Below are positions 1 through 12,663 of a stretch of DNA of 64,000 nt, in pieces; positions within the stretch are counted from its first letter, which is position 1, and each line of letters starts with the position of its first letter. Origin of the DNA: Macrostomum lignano. Its lineage: Eukaryota. The stretch is taken from positions 1-64,000 of the forward strand of contig NIVC01000237.1 of assembly GCA_002269645.1 (NCBI GenBank), read 5' to 3'. The translations under genes were made by a program, and so were the position numbers. The notes beneath the pieces are model-generated. The model ran no database searches. It saw only the letters and a program-made list of their open reading frames with translations, and was not told the DNA's origin.

Positions 1-1095
1 TAGTTATTGCTAAAAAATACCGGTGCATTCATTATCAAGTGCTAGTTTTCCAAAATAATTTTGTTCTAGTGCACCAGTGAATAGTTTACTAACTATATAC
101 ACGAATTTTTGTGCAGGTTGTGAAAACTGGCACAGTTATAATTGTGACTTTGTTAATGTGCTCCGTCAACGTCACCAATCAACAATAAAATATTTGAAAC
201 TACTCATACTTCCGGTATTGAACGCACTTCTGAGATTTGTTTTGAGAGAGCTAAGAGCTGGGCAACTGAGCCTCAACTCTTAAACCCTGCTGGTGTCTGC
301 TGTTATTAAAATGGTAGCCTATCTCCAAAATTAGGTGTTAAATTGACTGAAGCAACTGATTCTCTAGTTTTTTTCCACAAAGGAGTATTGAGATCTTTGA
401 TTTTTTTGTCCTTGAGATTGTTGAGGCAGTGCAATATGCAGCCATTGGAGAGTCAGTATCAGGAACTTTTAAAACGAATTGCACATTTCAAGTCCACAGG
501 TTGCAAAACATTTCATCTGTGAAATATTAAACGCAAAGAACAAAATCCCACTGCCTACTACTATGAGTAGTTAGCGATCTAAACACTTAAATATTTGTTA
601 GCTAATTCGATTGTATGGTTTCAGATATTTTAACTATCTTGTTCGTGCTATATACTGCTATATAATACTATACTCTTAGTATAGTGTCATGATAATTTAA
701 CAGTGAAGGGTTATTATTGGAGATGGAGCCACTGCTAGCTCACCTTGAGTAACATACATGAACAAGTGACGTTGTGACACTGTCCGAGGTGTTGTGTTAC
801 AACAGAGTGCACAATTAGTCACTAAAAATGCGAATGCGAGTATCAGCGCTCATCCCGGATGCCCTAAGGCTGTTTCCGCATCCGCAGCTGCGGAGGGCAT
901 CTCAGGCATGGCACAGCCGATGCGACAGTTGGCCCGCTGCCAGCGACACCTCAATTAAGAAAGCCCTGAGGACGCGCACGAAAATGCTATGATGACTTTC
1001 TCAACAAAGTGTACCGGCCATCATGAGTGAAAATTTCACGACAAACTGCAGTGTAAGCGCAATGGCTCTGTCAAACTTTCCTGTGCGAAACGCAC

Positions 1096-2682
1096 AAATG
1101 TGGATGTTCAATGTGATGTGAATTTTGATAAAAACTTTCACTGCACTCGCCAAGCTCCCGGATCATTTCGTACTTGCACCTCGATCAGGATAGAACTGAC
1201 AACCCATAACAAATGTATTTTGCCAAAAAAGATGGTAGCAGAACTCCCGAATCAGGCATCGAGTGCATGAATTGTCTGCTTCTTCAGTTTATTTCCCCAC
1301 CAAGCCAGCAGCCGCAATCCACATGTACAGAGCAAGCAGCGCCTTCACCATTCCCTGCAACCCAGAGAGTAAAGCGAGAATAAGCTTTGCCGCAGCGATT
1401 AAGATCTGTCAGAGCTGTCAGTGAGCCGGGCCTCACTGGCCTGCACATCGCTGGGCTGATTGGCGCCTCCGGCTTACAGGACGCTGCACCTGCGGTATCT
1501 GCGCCTAGCGTAGTCGGCCTCATCTCCGGCTTCGTCGGCCGGCACCTCGATGGCGGCAGCTGAAAAGGACGCAAATGTTTTCAGAGTCCATAATGAGTGA
1601 CAAATCGATGAGTTACCAAATTCTCACTAAACTACTGATCGATGTCTCTCTTACCTGTCATAGCCAGGACGAGCATCGCGGCCACAAAGGCTTGCACTTG
1701 CTTGTAGTTCAGCATGACTGCTTTTGGGTTTGAGTTTCTTTGGCTTGCTAAGTGTGGTGTATAGCTTGAGCAGAAAGTAATTTGCCGAGTTGCAAATATT
1801 AACAACAATTATATACACATAAGGGACAGGGAGAGCTACCCCTGCAGGGCTCAGTTCACGTCAGTGTTTCCACCAGAGCCAGCTGCAAGCAAATCATGAG
1901 GGAATTCAACTCACTTTGCTGCTGCGGTGGAGCGCAGATCGTGGGTGGCGGGTGGCGCCGCTCGCCTTTGAATCGATGGTGGCGACTCTACTGGCCACCA
2001 CTGCATAATCATATTGCTGAGTATGCCGAAGCAACACGGGGCTGAGCTGGCTTGATCAATAACCTCGGTTTTCTCTAAGCTCTCGGGTGCATTGTGAAGA
2101 CACTGTAACAGCCATTTGCTTTGCTGGGAGCTGCTATGAGAAGGGTCGCTGCTTTGAGGGGGGGGTGTTTCGCTGCGGTGCGGAGTCCTCCAGCGGGATA
2201 TCCGCGACATGCTGGTAGCGCGTGAGACCAGCTCAGCAATTTCTTGCGATCGTAAATGCCGACCGCATGGAGTACCAGAGAAGAAATCTGGTTCGTGAAA
2301 ACTGACACCATTCACGCTCTGTCAGGTGGGGGCGAATTAGCCAACAAATGGGAAGCCAAATTACTCTTGGAAGAAAAAGCTTTTTCTGCGGCGGCATGCA
2401 CTGTTAGACAGCTAACGAGTGCTTAATGAGATCCTGGCGAATTTACATGAATGCTTGCAGCTGAGGCTGAAACTGGAAAGCTGATACTCAAAGATATCAA
2501 CATGGAGTTCTAATAATGTTCTAGTTTAGTACTCCATGGCTTTGGCTTGAATCGATTCGATATTTGTGTGAGTGAGTTGAGGGAACTTTATTCCTATTCA
2601 ATGGGAGCGAATTGGCAAATATTTTTTGCTGGGTAAAGCAAATTAAAAACAAACTGCCTGCCACTCCAGATTCTCTCTATGG
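1096..2682 (-). repeat. Segmental duplication arm A (contains peptide gene copy A)
   Basis: Near-identical reverse complement of 11274-12853; largely a direct copy of 13509-15015; only scattered SNPs. Confidence 0.9.
1474..1715 (-). CDS. Small secreted prepropeptide, copy A (48 aa; exons 1655-1715 and 1474-1559)
   Basis: ATG at 1715, 61-nt exon, 95-nt GTAAG...TTTTCAG phase-1 intron, 86-nt exon ending TAA; translation MLNYKQVQAFVAAMLVLAMTAAAIEVPADEAGDEADYARRRYRRCSVL; upstream TATATAA and downstream AATAAA on the same strand. Confidence 0.75.
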
Positions 2683-3171
2683 TGTAGCGAGTGAATTAGA
2701 ACGCAGTGGAATCATTATGTGGAAGCAAGATAGAAAGGTTGTAACTCTCGGCTCGGCTCGACTAGCCTCGGCTTTACACCATTTTACCCTCGATTTTGAA
2801 CAAGGAAAACTTCGAAACTGACAAACTCCTCTTCAATATTGACACTCTATGGTCGGGCACTCAAAATCTAAAATCAATATCGACAGATCAAGCTTCAATT
2901 TTGACAAACTCTGGTTCAATTTTGACAATGCACGTTTAGTCAACTTCTCCTGGGAGAATTCGGTAACAAAGTAATCCAATGAAAGCCTGAACGGGGCTGA
3001 AGTGAGCTGTGCAAAATCAGCTTATTCTGACTTTGCTTTTTGGATCTACAAGTATTGATAAAATTTATTTTTCTCTATCCTTTACACACACAGACTAAAA
3101 TAGCCTGACTGGTTGGGCTGCAAAGTCCGATTCTATTTTGACAGAGTTGCTTCAAAACTGACACTCTATGG

Positions 3172-3561
3172 CATGGATGAATGAATAGAATGGATTGCTA
3201 TTCTGGCTCTGGCTATTTTCGTTTTTGACTCTTTTGCATCCGGTTCCCCCCCGTGCCTTTTCATTGGTTGATGATTGCCATAGACAATTTTCGGCCTTCG
3301 CCCCTTTCTTTCGATGCACAAGCGCAAAGAAATGAGAATGTCAGTTACTTGCAGAGAATATCGAGCGCTCGTAGGTCTTCCCCCTTTATTTCAAAACACG
3401 AGCGAAAGCGCTTGTGCATCGAAAGAAAGGGGCGAAGGCCGAAAATTGTCTATGGCAATCATCAACCAATGAAAAGGCACGGGGGGGAACCGGATGCAAA
3501 AGAGTCAAAAACGAAAATAGCCAGAGCCAGAATAGCAATCCATTCTATTCATTCATCCATG
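3172..3561. mobile_element. hAT-type MITE (390-bp hairpin)
   Basis: ~155-bp arms starting CATGGATGAATG; 8-bp TSD CTCTATGG (3164-3171, 3562-3569); the opposite foldback arm shows the empty site. Confidence 0.85.
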
Positions 3562-3769
3562 CTCTATGGTTTGTGTACCCAAAAAGTCCGCTTCATTTTT
3601 GACAACTCCGAATCAATATTGAACAGTTTACAATCGATTTTGACTAAGACATTTTTTGAAAGAGATTTAGACAATTTTTACTAAGATTTCTCTCTTGAGT
3701 AGGGGGGGGGTACTTGCTATTTGGGAGAGGGGGTACTACGAGTACATGTATAGGAATCTTTCTATCCAG

Positions 3770-4195
3770 GTATGCTTGCTATCTGGGTGGATGTTTGCTA
3801 CCTGGATGATGCTTGCTATCTGCAATATGCTTGCTATCTGGGGGATGCTTGCTATCTGGGTGGATGCTTCTATCTGGGTGGATGCTTGCTATCTGGGTGG
3901 ATGCTCTCTATCTGGGGGATGCTTGCTATCTGGGTGGATGCTTCTATCTGGGTGGATGCTTGCTATCTGGGTGGATGCTTGCTATCTGGGTGGATGCTTG
4001 CTATCTGGGTGGATGCTTGCTATCTGGGGGATGCTTGCTATCTGGGGGATGCTTGCTATCTGGGTGGATGCTTGCTATCTGGGTGGATGCTTGCTATCTG
4101 GGTGGATGCTTGCTATCTGGGTGGATGCTTGCTATCTGGGTGGATGCTTGCTATCTGGGTGGATGCTTGCTATCTGGGTGGATGCTTGCTGTCTT
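3770..4195. repeat. 19-bp minisatellite (GGATGCTTGCTATCTGGGT)n at the centre of the foldback
   Basis: About 22 tandem units; explains the spurious ORFs 3695-4234. Confidence 0.95.
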
Positions 4196-5044
4196 GGGAT
4201 GTTAAATGACCGGCCTTTTGCTAGAGTCCCTTGAGAGAGCAGGGACTCTAGCAAGCATCCCTGGCTAGAAAGATTCCCATACATGTACTCGTAGATACAT
4301 GCAGCCAGTACCCCCTCTCCCGAATAGCAAGTACCCCCCCCCCGCAAGAGAGAAATCTTAGTCAAAATCGATTGTGAACTGTTCGATATTGATTCGGAGT
4401 TGTCAAAAATGAAGCGGACTTTTTGGGTACACAAACCATAGAGTGTCAGTTTTGAAGCAACTCTGTCAAAATAGAATCGGACTTTGCAGCCCAACCAGTC
4501 AGGCTATTTTAGTCTGTGTGTGTAAAGGATAGAGAAAAATAAATTTTATCAATACTTGTAGATCCAAAAAGCAAAGTCAGAATAAGCTGATTTTGCACAG
4601 CTCACTTCAGCCCCGTTCAGGCTTTCATTGGATTACTTTGTTACCGAATTCTCCCAGGAGAAGTTGACTAAACGTGCATTGTCAAAATTGAACCAGAGTT
4701 TGTCAAAATTGAAGCTTGATCTGTCGATATTGATTTTAGATTTTGAGTGCCCGACCATAGAGTGTCAATATTGAAGAGGAGTTTGTCAGTTTCGAAGTTT
4801 TCCTTGTTCAAAATCGAGGGTAAAATGGTGTATTTGATTGATACAGTAACGAGAAATAGAGTATTTGTCTATGGTCAAAAGGGTTGTAGCTTATTAATGC
4901 TACAAGATACTCCCCCCTCCTAGATGAAATACAGTACATGACTATGCTGTAGATAATTGGAGACAAAAAAACTGGTTTGAACAGTGCAGGGGAACGAGTA
5001 GGCAATCAATGCAGAAGCTATAGGTCTATCGGTTAAAATATGGT

Positions 5045-8000
5045 TCAAATATTGCTAGGTGGATTGTCCTTCTGGAAGATTTGCACGGAGGTCTCGCTCT
5101 TAAATCGCACGCGGTTTGAGCTGCGCGACCTTGTGTTAGCGGCGGGAGCGTCGCTTGGCGGGTCTGGTGTAGCTGCCGGCTGCTCTTGATGGGCTGTTGG
5201 CAGGGTGGCGGGCTTGACACGATCGATTGACACTACGGTAGGTTTGCTGTTGATCTGGAGTGTCATTGTGGTGTCGTGCCTGTCCAGCACCGCGTACGGG
5301 CCTTGGTAAGGAGCCTCCAGGGGTCGTCGCACACGGTCCAGCCGCAACCAGACGTGTGTGCACGGGCTCAGCGGGGCTGGCAGATGCACGGCTATCTCTC
5401 GCGTTCTCGGCTGCCGGTATGGGAAGAAAAGTTGAGTGTAGACTAGTCGAGAGCTCCTTGAGCGCAGAAGTGTCGGTGACGACCGTGGGACCAGCGGTTG
5501 CTCACCCGTAACAATGGAGAACGGAGAGGCACCTGACTCATCTGGGAAAATGCGCATGCCCAGGAGCACGACGGGCAGCTGCTGCAGCCAGTTCTTGCCG
5601 CGCGTTTTTAAACCGACCTTTAGCGTCCGGTGTGTACGTTCGATGATACCGTTAGCTCTCGGATTATAGGCTGAAGTGCGGATGTGGTGGATGCCGAGTA
5701 GGTCCGTCAAGTTCTTCATGAGCTCAGCTCGGAATTGGGATCCCTGGTCACTGATCAGCGTCAAAGGTGGGCCGAACCGAGAAATCCAGGTTTCCAGGAA
5801 GGCTTGTGCGACTGATGTGGCGGCAATGTTCGAAAGCAGTGCTGCTTCGAACCAGCGTGAGTAGGCATCGATCATGGTGAGTAGGTAGCGAGGCTTCGGG
5901 CCGGGATCTTCAGACACATGAGGCGGTAGCGGTCCAACTAGGTCAATGTGTACCGTAGTGAATCTCTGAGATGGCACAGGCAGCTGCTGCAGTGGGCGTT
6001 GAACATGTCGTCCAGTCTTGCACTGCTGGCATCGTTGGCACTCGGCTACCCACTTGCGAATGTCGGAACCAATTAGTGGCCAGAAGAACCGATAGCTAAT
6101 GAGCCGTTGCGTAGCTTTTCTGCCGGGGTGTGCAAACGAATGCAGCGAGTTGAACACCGCGCGTCGTAGTACTTCAGGAACTACGGGACGCGGGTTAGTC
6201 TGCGAAGTCTCACAGCGTAATGGGTAGTCTTTAATCCCGATTTCGAAGTTGCTGAACCGGCCTACTGGTTGATCGTTGGCGGGTAGACCGTCTTTCTGGG
6301 CTCGAGGGATAGCCGGCAAATCCACAGAGGGCGGGATGTCAGCTAGTAGCCTGACGGACGATGGTGGCTCCGCCTCGGAGGTGAGATTGGGACGAGATAG
6401 TGCATCGGCAACCACGTTGTTCTTATCGGCGATGTGAACGATGTCGCTGACAAACTCAGTGATCACGGATAGGTGGCGTTGCTGTCGGTCCGAAAAACGC
6501 TCCTTTCTGTTGCCGAAGGCTCCGATGATGGGCTTGTGGTCGCAGAACACAGTGGTTTGCTGGCCTTGAATCATGTTCTTCCAGGCCTTGACCGAGGAGT
6601 TCCCGATCGAAGGTGCTGTACGCAGTCTCGGTGTCGGATAGTTTCCGCGAGTAGAAAGCTAAGGGTGAAGACTGGCCGTCCACCACTTGATGTAGCGCAC
6701 CACCGATGGCGGTCGAGCTGGCGTCCGTTGTGATCGTAAACGTGGCCTGGGGATGAGGAAAAGCGAGCGTGACCGCTTCCGCGAGACTGTTCTGAAGCGC
6801 TTTCCAAGCGCGACCGTGGTGCTCCGTCCAGACGAATGTCGTTGAGGCGAGCTGCCGCAATGGTAGGACGATCTTTGCGTAGTCCGGGATGCACCAGTGG
6901 TAAAATCCGAACATCCCGAGGTAGCGCTGCAAGGCCTGGTGGTCAGTAGGAGGGGAAGCTGTCGGAAGGCCTCGACACGGTGGGGCAAGGGTCGAATGCC
7001 GTCCGCAGACACGAGATAGCCGAGAAACTCCACAGACTCGCGGAAGAACCGAAACTTGTCCGAATTGACTCCCAAACCTTTGTCGGTAAGTCGTTGCAGA
7101 ACTGTTTCAATGTGTACTTGGTGCTCTTCCTGAGACCTGCTGTGCACCAGGATGTCGTCGATGTAGGTAGTGACGAATGGTAGGTCCCGAAACACGGAGT
7201 CGACATATCGCTGAAACGTGCTAGCGGCGTTCCGGAGACCAAAAGACATCCGCAGGTATTCGAACGAGCCGAACGGGGTGCAAATCGCCGTCTTCTCGAT
7301 GTCCTCATCTGCCATCGGAACGAAGTGATAGGCCTTGACGAGGTCAAGGGTGCTTAAAACCTTTGCACCGTGCAGCTGATGATTGAAATGGTTGATGTTA
7401 GGGATAGGGTAGCGGTCTGGCTTGGTTGCCGCGTTTAAAGCTCGATAGTCTCCGCAAGGTCTCCAGGAACCGTCCTTTTTCTTCACCATGTGCAGCGGGG
7501 AAGCCCATGGACTGGCGGAGGGGCGGACGATGCCAAGGCGCAGGAGCTTGTCAAACTCCGCTTTTGCGACCGCGAACTTGGCAGGGGCAAGCGGTCGAGG
7601 TCGACAAAAAATGGGCTCGCCGGTGGTCTCAATACGATGCCGAACCGACGTGGCGGGTGCTGCGGTGTAGTCCGGAGCTTCCAGAACTCGAGGGAACCGA
7701 GCAAGCGGTGTGGTGGGCTCAAGCAACGTGGCGGCGATGATTTGAGGGACTGAATCACTAGACGAACAGAGAGTCGCACGCAAAGATGTCACAGGGTCTT
7801 GAATGCGCCGTGACTTCAGGTCGATGAGGAGACCAAACTTGAGGAAGAAGTCTGCACCGAGGATGGGCGCGGTACTGGTAACAATGAACGTCGCAGGATA
7901 TGGTCTACGAAGACCGGGGATAGCCAGTGTGACACAACATTGGCCGAAGGTTCGGATTTCACGGCCATCGACGCCGCAAAGCTTGACATGGGTGGGTGCG

Positions 8001-8143
8001 AGTAGATTTTGAGGAACAAACTGCAAAGGAAGAAGCGACCGTTCGGCGCCGGTGTCAACGATGAACGAAACGGGCGTACGGAGGACTTGGCAACGAAGAA
8101 GCAGTGTGGTGGCCTTTGATGGGTCGCGGCTCGGCCGAGGCAT
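5045..8143 (-). pseudogene. pol: Gypsy pol (protease, RT, RNase H, integrase), frameshifted
   Basis: FIVDTGA protease motif; [22 protein letters not shown] and YIDDILV RT motifs; [11 protein letters not shown] RNase H; HSFAHPG...CQRCQ zinc finger, VHIDLVGP, ISDQGSQF, NGIIERTHR integrase; split across 3 ORFs. Confidence 0.93.
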
Positions 8144-8151
8144 GGGACCAA

Positions 8152-10059
8152 CTAGTTTGACACCTGGCTTGGTGTCGGACTGGACACCCGGGACTGAGCC
8201 GGAGTGGGCTGGCGGCTAACAAGCAGTGTCGACGGTTTCGAGCCTGGCCACTGGCACCTGTAGAGATCTTCAAACACAGTAGCCTACTAAAAGTAGTAAT
8301 ATAAAGTTATGAATACAAATTTAAAAATAGCTATGTGTCATACTCTATTTTTAGTAATACAAGTAATATCACGCAAACAGCGAGTGGCAAATTTAAAAAT
8401 AGCTATGTGCCATGCTCTATTTTTAGCAATACCAGTCATATCACGCAAACAGCGAGTGGCTATGCTATTGTTCGAAAAACCGGTTCTCGACATCTATTTT
8501 TAGAACTTCCAAATATGGTAAATGTTAACCTGAATGTAACCCAAGTCTCACCCCTTTCTATTCAAAAACCCCACCTGTCAAATAATAAAATTCCTTTCGT
8601 GAACTCATCAAAAAAACCGGTTTTGAGCTCAAGGCCGACTCAAGGCCGACAAATTGTGTATAAATACAAACGCAAAATCCGAGCTGAAATCTCAGACTCG
8701 GAGCAGCCTCCAAAGAGGCTATATCTCTGAGGAAGAAATAAACACCAATTGGTAAGCTTTGTTCAAATCTTCGTTATTTTGATTATTGAGAGCGATTGTT
8801 ATTGCCGGCCGTTACTGTTCAGTTGATTTTATTGAGTCTATTGAGTTTGAGGCCTCCCTTTTCCTAAGGGATTGGATAGGATCTGCGGACCGATTCCGAT
8901 ACCCTTAGAGGATTATTGATTTGATTGATTTTGGTTATCCTAGATTAACCGATAGGAGCACACGACTCCGATTCCGTTAGTTCTAGAAGAAGACGCCCTT
9001 TCTGGAGGACCTCGTATTGCTATAGAAGTTGATTCTGTTACTAGGGCGCATCGTTGACATTGATTTCGGCACTCGAGAATATATTGAATTCTGCACTTGA
9101 AGAAATACTGCGACGTCGAGTTAATTGTTACGCTCTCACCTTCGGCCGACTCTAGACTTCAAGAAGACTACCCCGGGAGGAACAGCTCTACGGAGATGAG
9201 CTCTACAGACACGCGCGACAAAGAAGAGGAGCCCACAACAGTAAGTGATCACTGATTTTGTTCCCAGGCTTAAGTGTCTGGAAGTGGGAGTTTTCGGAAG
9301 ACTGATCACCTCCCGAATCAACTCTTCACACCATGGTCGGCACGTGCGAGCATCGGCGGCGTAGTAGAGATGACTGTTGCAGATCTTGGGCCGTCGGCGT
9401 GGGTTCCGGTTGGAGCGCGGGTCCTCAGGCTTCCTGCTACGAAAAGGACCAGCGTTGCTCCTCGGGTGCTCTTGGCCGGTGGCAGCGGCGCGGTTTACAG
9501 AGGCGAATGGGGTGGTGCAACCGGCGACCGCCAGCATGCTGTCGGCGATCTTCGCAAACGCGTCCAGCTCCGCCTGTTCGTGAACGACCAAGGCCGAACG
9601 GATGTGGGTGGGCAGGGCAGTTAGGAGTCGAGACTTGATGATGCTGTCATCGACTTGTAAACCTATTTCGCTGAAGCGCCGCTTGATGTCGGTTACCAAC
9701 TGAGATGGGCGGCGATCCCCGAGCTCCACAGCAGCGAGGGCCTCTTCGATTCGTTGGTGTCGGTTGGCGCGCAAAGCTTCTAGCACCGATGTTTTAAGCG
9801 AGGCGTAGTCCTCTGTGCCTAGGTCGATCGAGCAGGCAACGTCCTCAGGCAGGGCCGCTAACGTATGATGGAGCTTGGTCGCAGCGTGGGTGATTCCAGC
9901 TAAAGTGAACTGCGATTCCAGTTGCCGGAACCAGATCTCGGGCGACTTCCGGTAGAAGGCGGGAGGTTTTATAGCGATGCGTTGCACGAAGGCCTCTTGT
10001 ACTGGTTGCGCCAGGGCTCCAGCTTCGGGCGCTAACGGCTGCTGCTGTGTGTCCTCCAT
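8152..10059 (-). pseudogene. gag: Gypsy gag interrupted by a solo LTR
   Basis: IKPPAFYRKSPEIWFRQLESQF and CNSHLYYAADARTCRPWC; the frame resumes as QWPGSKP...SN* after removing 8259-9328 plus one TSD copy; pol lies in the -1 frame. Confidence 0.88.
8259..9328. mobile_element. Solo LTR (1070 bp) of a second LTR retrotransposon
   Basis: TGTAGAG...CTCTTCA termini; 4-bp TSD CACC (8255-8258, 9329-9332); internal TATAAA and AATAAA on the + strand. Confidence 0.85.
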
Positions 10060-10075
10060 ACCACACGCTCTGCTA

Positions 10076-10683
10076 TCGCTTTTGACGCTCTAGATAAGAC
10101 TTTAGACATTCAAAATAAGACTGCATAGGATCGCAAGCAAGGCCAGGCTAGCCACGGCCAGAGCAAGCCCAGTCTTGGCTGCAGCTAGGGATGGCTTGGC
10201 CATAGACTAAAAAATGGAATATCAAAATGAGAATAAGACGCTCAATATGAGACTGAGTGTGAAAGCCTTCAGATATCGCTCTAACCCTCTGACCCTCAGC
10301 CAGCTCTCCTTCTTCACCCCTTGGGTTGCATCTGACCCCTTGGATTTCACTGTGATGGCACCATCGATTCCTGCAGCAGTCCGCCAGGCTGACTTCAGTG
10401 ATGGACTAAACATTTCGATATGCTATTCTGCTTCTTGTTTATTGCCTAATTTCTCCTTAGCTGTTTGTATGGTGACTGCCAAAAAGCAAATAAATTACGT
10501 TCACTCCCGGTCTCATATTGAGCGTCTTATTCTCATTTTGATATTCCATTTTTTAGTCTATGGCCAAGCCATCCCTGCAGCCAAGACTGGGCATGCTCTG
10601 GCCGTGGCTAGCCTGTCCTTGCTTGCAATCCTATGCAGTCTTATTTTGAATGTCTAAAGTCTTATCTAGAGCGTCAAAAGCGA
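10076..10683. mobile_element. TA-target hairpin MITE inserted in the Gypsy primer-binding site
   Basis: Long inverted arms (TCGCTTTTGACGCTCTAGATAAG...); TA at 10074-10075 and 10684-10685; removing it restores TAGTAGCAGAGCGTG next to the 5' LTR, resembling a tRNAi-Met PBS (TGGTAGCAGAG). Confidence 0.8.
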
Positions 10684-10875
10684 TACTAATTTGTAGCGAG
10701 TGAATTAGAACGCAGTGGAATTATTATGTGGAAGCAAGATAGAAAGGTTGTAACTCTCGGCTCGGCTCGACTAGCCTCGGCTTTATTTGATTGATACAGT
10801 AACGAGAAATAGAGTATTTGTCTATGGTCAAAAGGGTTGTAGCTGATTAATGCTACAATGGAACTCCCTGGCCAG

Positions 10876-11140
10876 CTCACTTACTCACTCACTCACTCAC
10901 TCATTCATAAATTAACTTACTCACTCACTCATTCACTCATTCATGAACTCATGAACTCATGAACTCACTCATGAACTCACTCATAAACTCACTCACTCAC
11001 TCCTCACTTACTCATGAACTCATGAACTCATGAACTCTGAACTCAGTCATGAACTCACTTACTCACTCATAAACTCAGTCATGGGCTCACTTACTAACTA
11101 ATGAACTCAATCACTCACTCAGTCATGAACTCATTCACTC
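10876..11140. repeat. Degenerate (CTCA)n/(CATGAACT)n low-complexity tract at the centre of the A/B inverted duplication
   Basis: Visible tandem CTCA and CATGAACT units. Confidence 0.85.
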
Positions 11141-12135
11141 AGTTGACTCCAAGTTGGCTGCCTGCTCTGCAGCTTATTAATTGGGCACTCGTTAGCGACC
11201 GCGAGCTGCGGAGCTGCGCAGAGGGGGCTGCGGTCGGGCGTGTCCTGCAAGCGGCAGCCGGCCAGGGAGTTCCATAGAGAGAATCTGGAGTGGCAGGCAG
11301 TTTGTTTTTAATTTGCTTTACCCAGCAAAAAATATTTGCCAATTCGCTCCCATTGAATAGGAATAAAGTTCCCTCAACTCACTCACACAAATATCGAATC
11401 GATTCAAGCCAAAGCCATGGAGTACTAAACTAGAACATTATTAGAACTCCATGTTGATATCTTTGAGTATCAGCTTTCCAGTTTCAGCCTCAGCTGCAAG
11501 CATTCATGTAAATTCGCCAGGATCTCATTAAGCACTCGTTAGCTGTCTAACAGTGCATGCCGCCGCAGAAAAAGCTTTTTCTTCCAAGAGTAATTTGGCT
11601 TCCCATTTGTTGGCTAATTCGCCCCCACCTGACAGAGCGTGAATGGTGTCAGTTTTCACGAACCAGATTTCTTCTCTGGTACTCCATGCGGTCGGCATTT
11701 ACGATCGCAAGAAATTGCTGAGCTGGTCTCACGCGCTACCAGCATGTCGCGGATATCCCGCTGGAGCGACTCCGCACCGCAGTGAACCCCCCCTCAAAGC
11801 AGCGACCCTTCTCATAGCAGCTCCCAGCAAAGCAAATGGCTGTTGCAGTGTCTTCACAATGCACCGAGAGCTTAGAGAAAACCGAGGTTATTGATCAAGC
11901 CAGCTCAGCCCCGTGTTGCTTCGGCATACTCAGCAATATGATTATGCAGTGGTGGCCAGTAGAGTCGCCACCATCGATTCAAAGGCGAGCGGCGCCACCC
12001 GCCACCCCACGATCTGCGCTCCACCGCAGCAGCAAAGTGAGTTGAATTCCCTCATGATTTGCTTGCAGCTGGCTCTGGTGGAAACACTGGCGTGAACTGA
12101 GCCCTGCAGGGGTAGCTCTCCCTGTCCCTTATGTG

Positions 12136-12142
12136 TATATAA
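12136..12142 (+). promoter_or_regulatory. TATA box of peptide gene copy B (conserved in all four copies)
   Basis: TATATAA starting 100 nt upstream of the ATG at 12236. Confidence 0.6.
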
Positions 12143-12235
12143 TTGTTGTTAATATTTGCAACTCGGCAAATTACTTTCTGCTCAAGCTATACACCACACT
12201 TAGCAAGCCAAAGAAACTCAAACCCAAAAGCAGTC

Positions 12236-12477
12236 ATGCTGAACTACAAGCAAGTGCAAGCCTTTGTGGCCGCGATGCTCGTCCTGGCTATGACAGGTAA
12301 GAGAGACATCGATCAGTAGTTTAGTGAGAATTTGGTAACTCATCGATTTGTCACTCATTATGGACTCTGAAAACATTTGCGTCCTTTTCAGCTGCCGCCA
12401 TCGAGGTGCCGGCCGACGAAGCCGGAGATGAGGCCGACTACGCTAGGCGCAGATACCGCAGGTGCAGCGTCCTGTAA
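12236..12477 (+). CDS. Small secreted prepropeptide, copy B (48 aa; exons 12236-12296 and 12392-12477)
   Basis: Same two-exon structure as copy A; intron 12297-12391; only the phase-1 join gives a start-to-stop CDS; hydrophobic N-terminus, acidic middle, Arg-rich C-terminus. Confidence 0.78.
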
Positions 12478-12657
12478 GCCGGAGGCGCCAATCAGCCCAG
12501 CGATGTGCAGGCCAGTGAGGCCCGGCTCACTGACAGCTCTGACAGATCTTAATCGCTGCGGCAAAGCTTATTCTCGCTTTACTCTCTGGGTTGCAGGGAA
12601 TGGTGAAGGCGCTGCTTGCTCTGTACATGTGGATTGTGGCTGCTGGCTTGGTGGGGA

Positions 12658-12663
12658 AATAAA
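12658..12663 (+). terminator. Polyadenylation signal of copy B
   Basis: AATAAA ~180 nt after the stop; conserved in all copies. Confidence 0.55.

Larger units (their letters stand above)
2777..4830. mobile_element. Non-autonomous foldback DNA transposon (TA target, Tc1/mariner-like) inserted in the Gypsy 3' LTR
   Basis: Long TIRs starting CACCATTTTACCCTCG / ending CGAGGGTAAAATGGTG; TA duplicated at 2775-2776 and 4831-4832; empty site ctcggcttTAtttgattg in the other LTR; no ORF inside. Confidence 0.85.
2683..10857 (-). mobile_element. Ty3/Gypsy LTR retrotransposon, full length, inactivated by nested insertions
   Basis: 166-bp TG...CA LTRs (10692-10857; 2683-2776 + 4833-4904, 2 mismatches); 4-bp TSD ATGG (2679-2682, 10858-10861), with the empty site visible in copy C (ctctctATGGaactcc near 15010); polypurine tract 4905-4922; gag then pol in PR-RT-RH-INT order. 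Confidence 0.95.

Noticed and set aside
8335-8730. 131-aa ORF
   Set aside because: Lies inside the solo LTR, includes an internal duplication and has no recognisable motif.
10214-10657. 147-aa ORF
   Set aside because: Lies within a palindromic MITE.
12466-12477. C-terminal CSVL as a CaaX prenylation or PDZ-binding motif
   Set aside because: It matches formally, but an N-terminal signal peptide would route the product away from cytosolic prenyltransferases. Kept only as a fallback if the signal peptide is not real.
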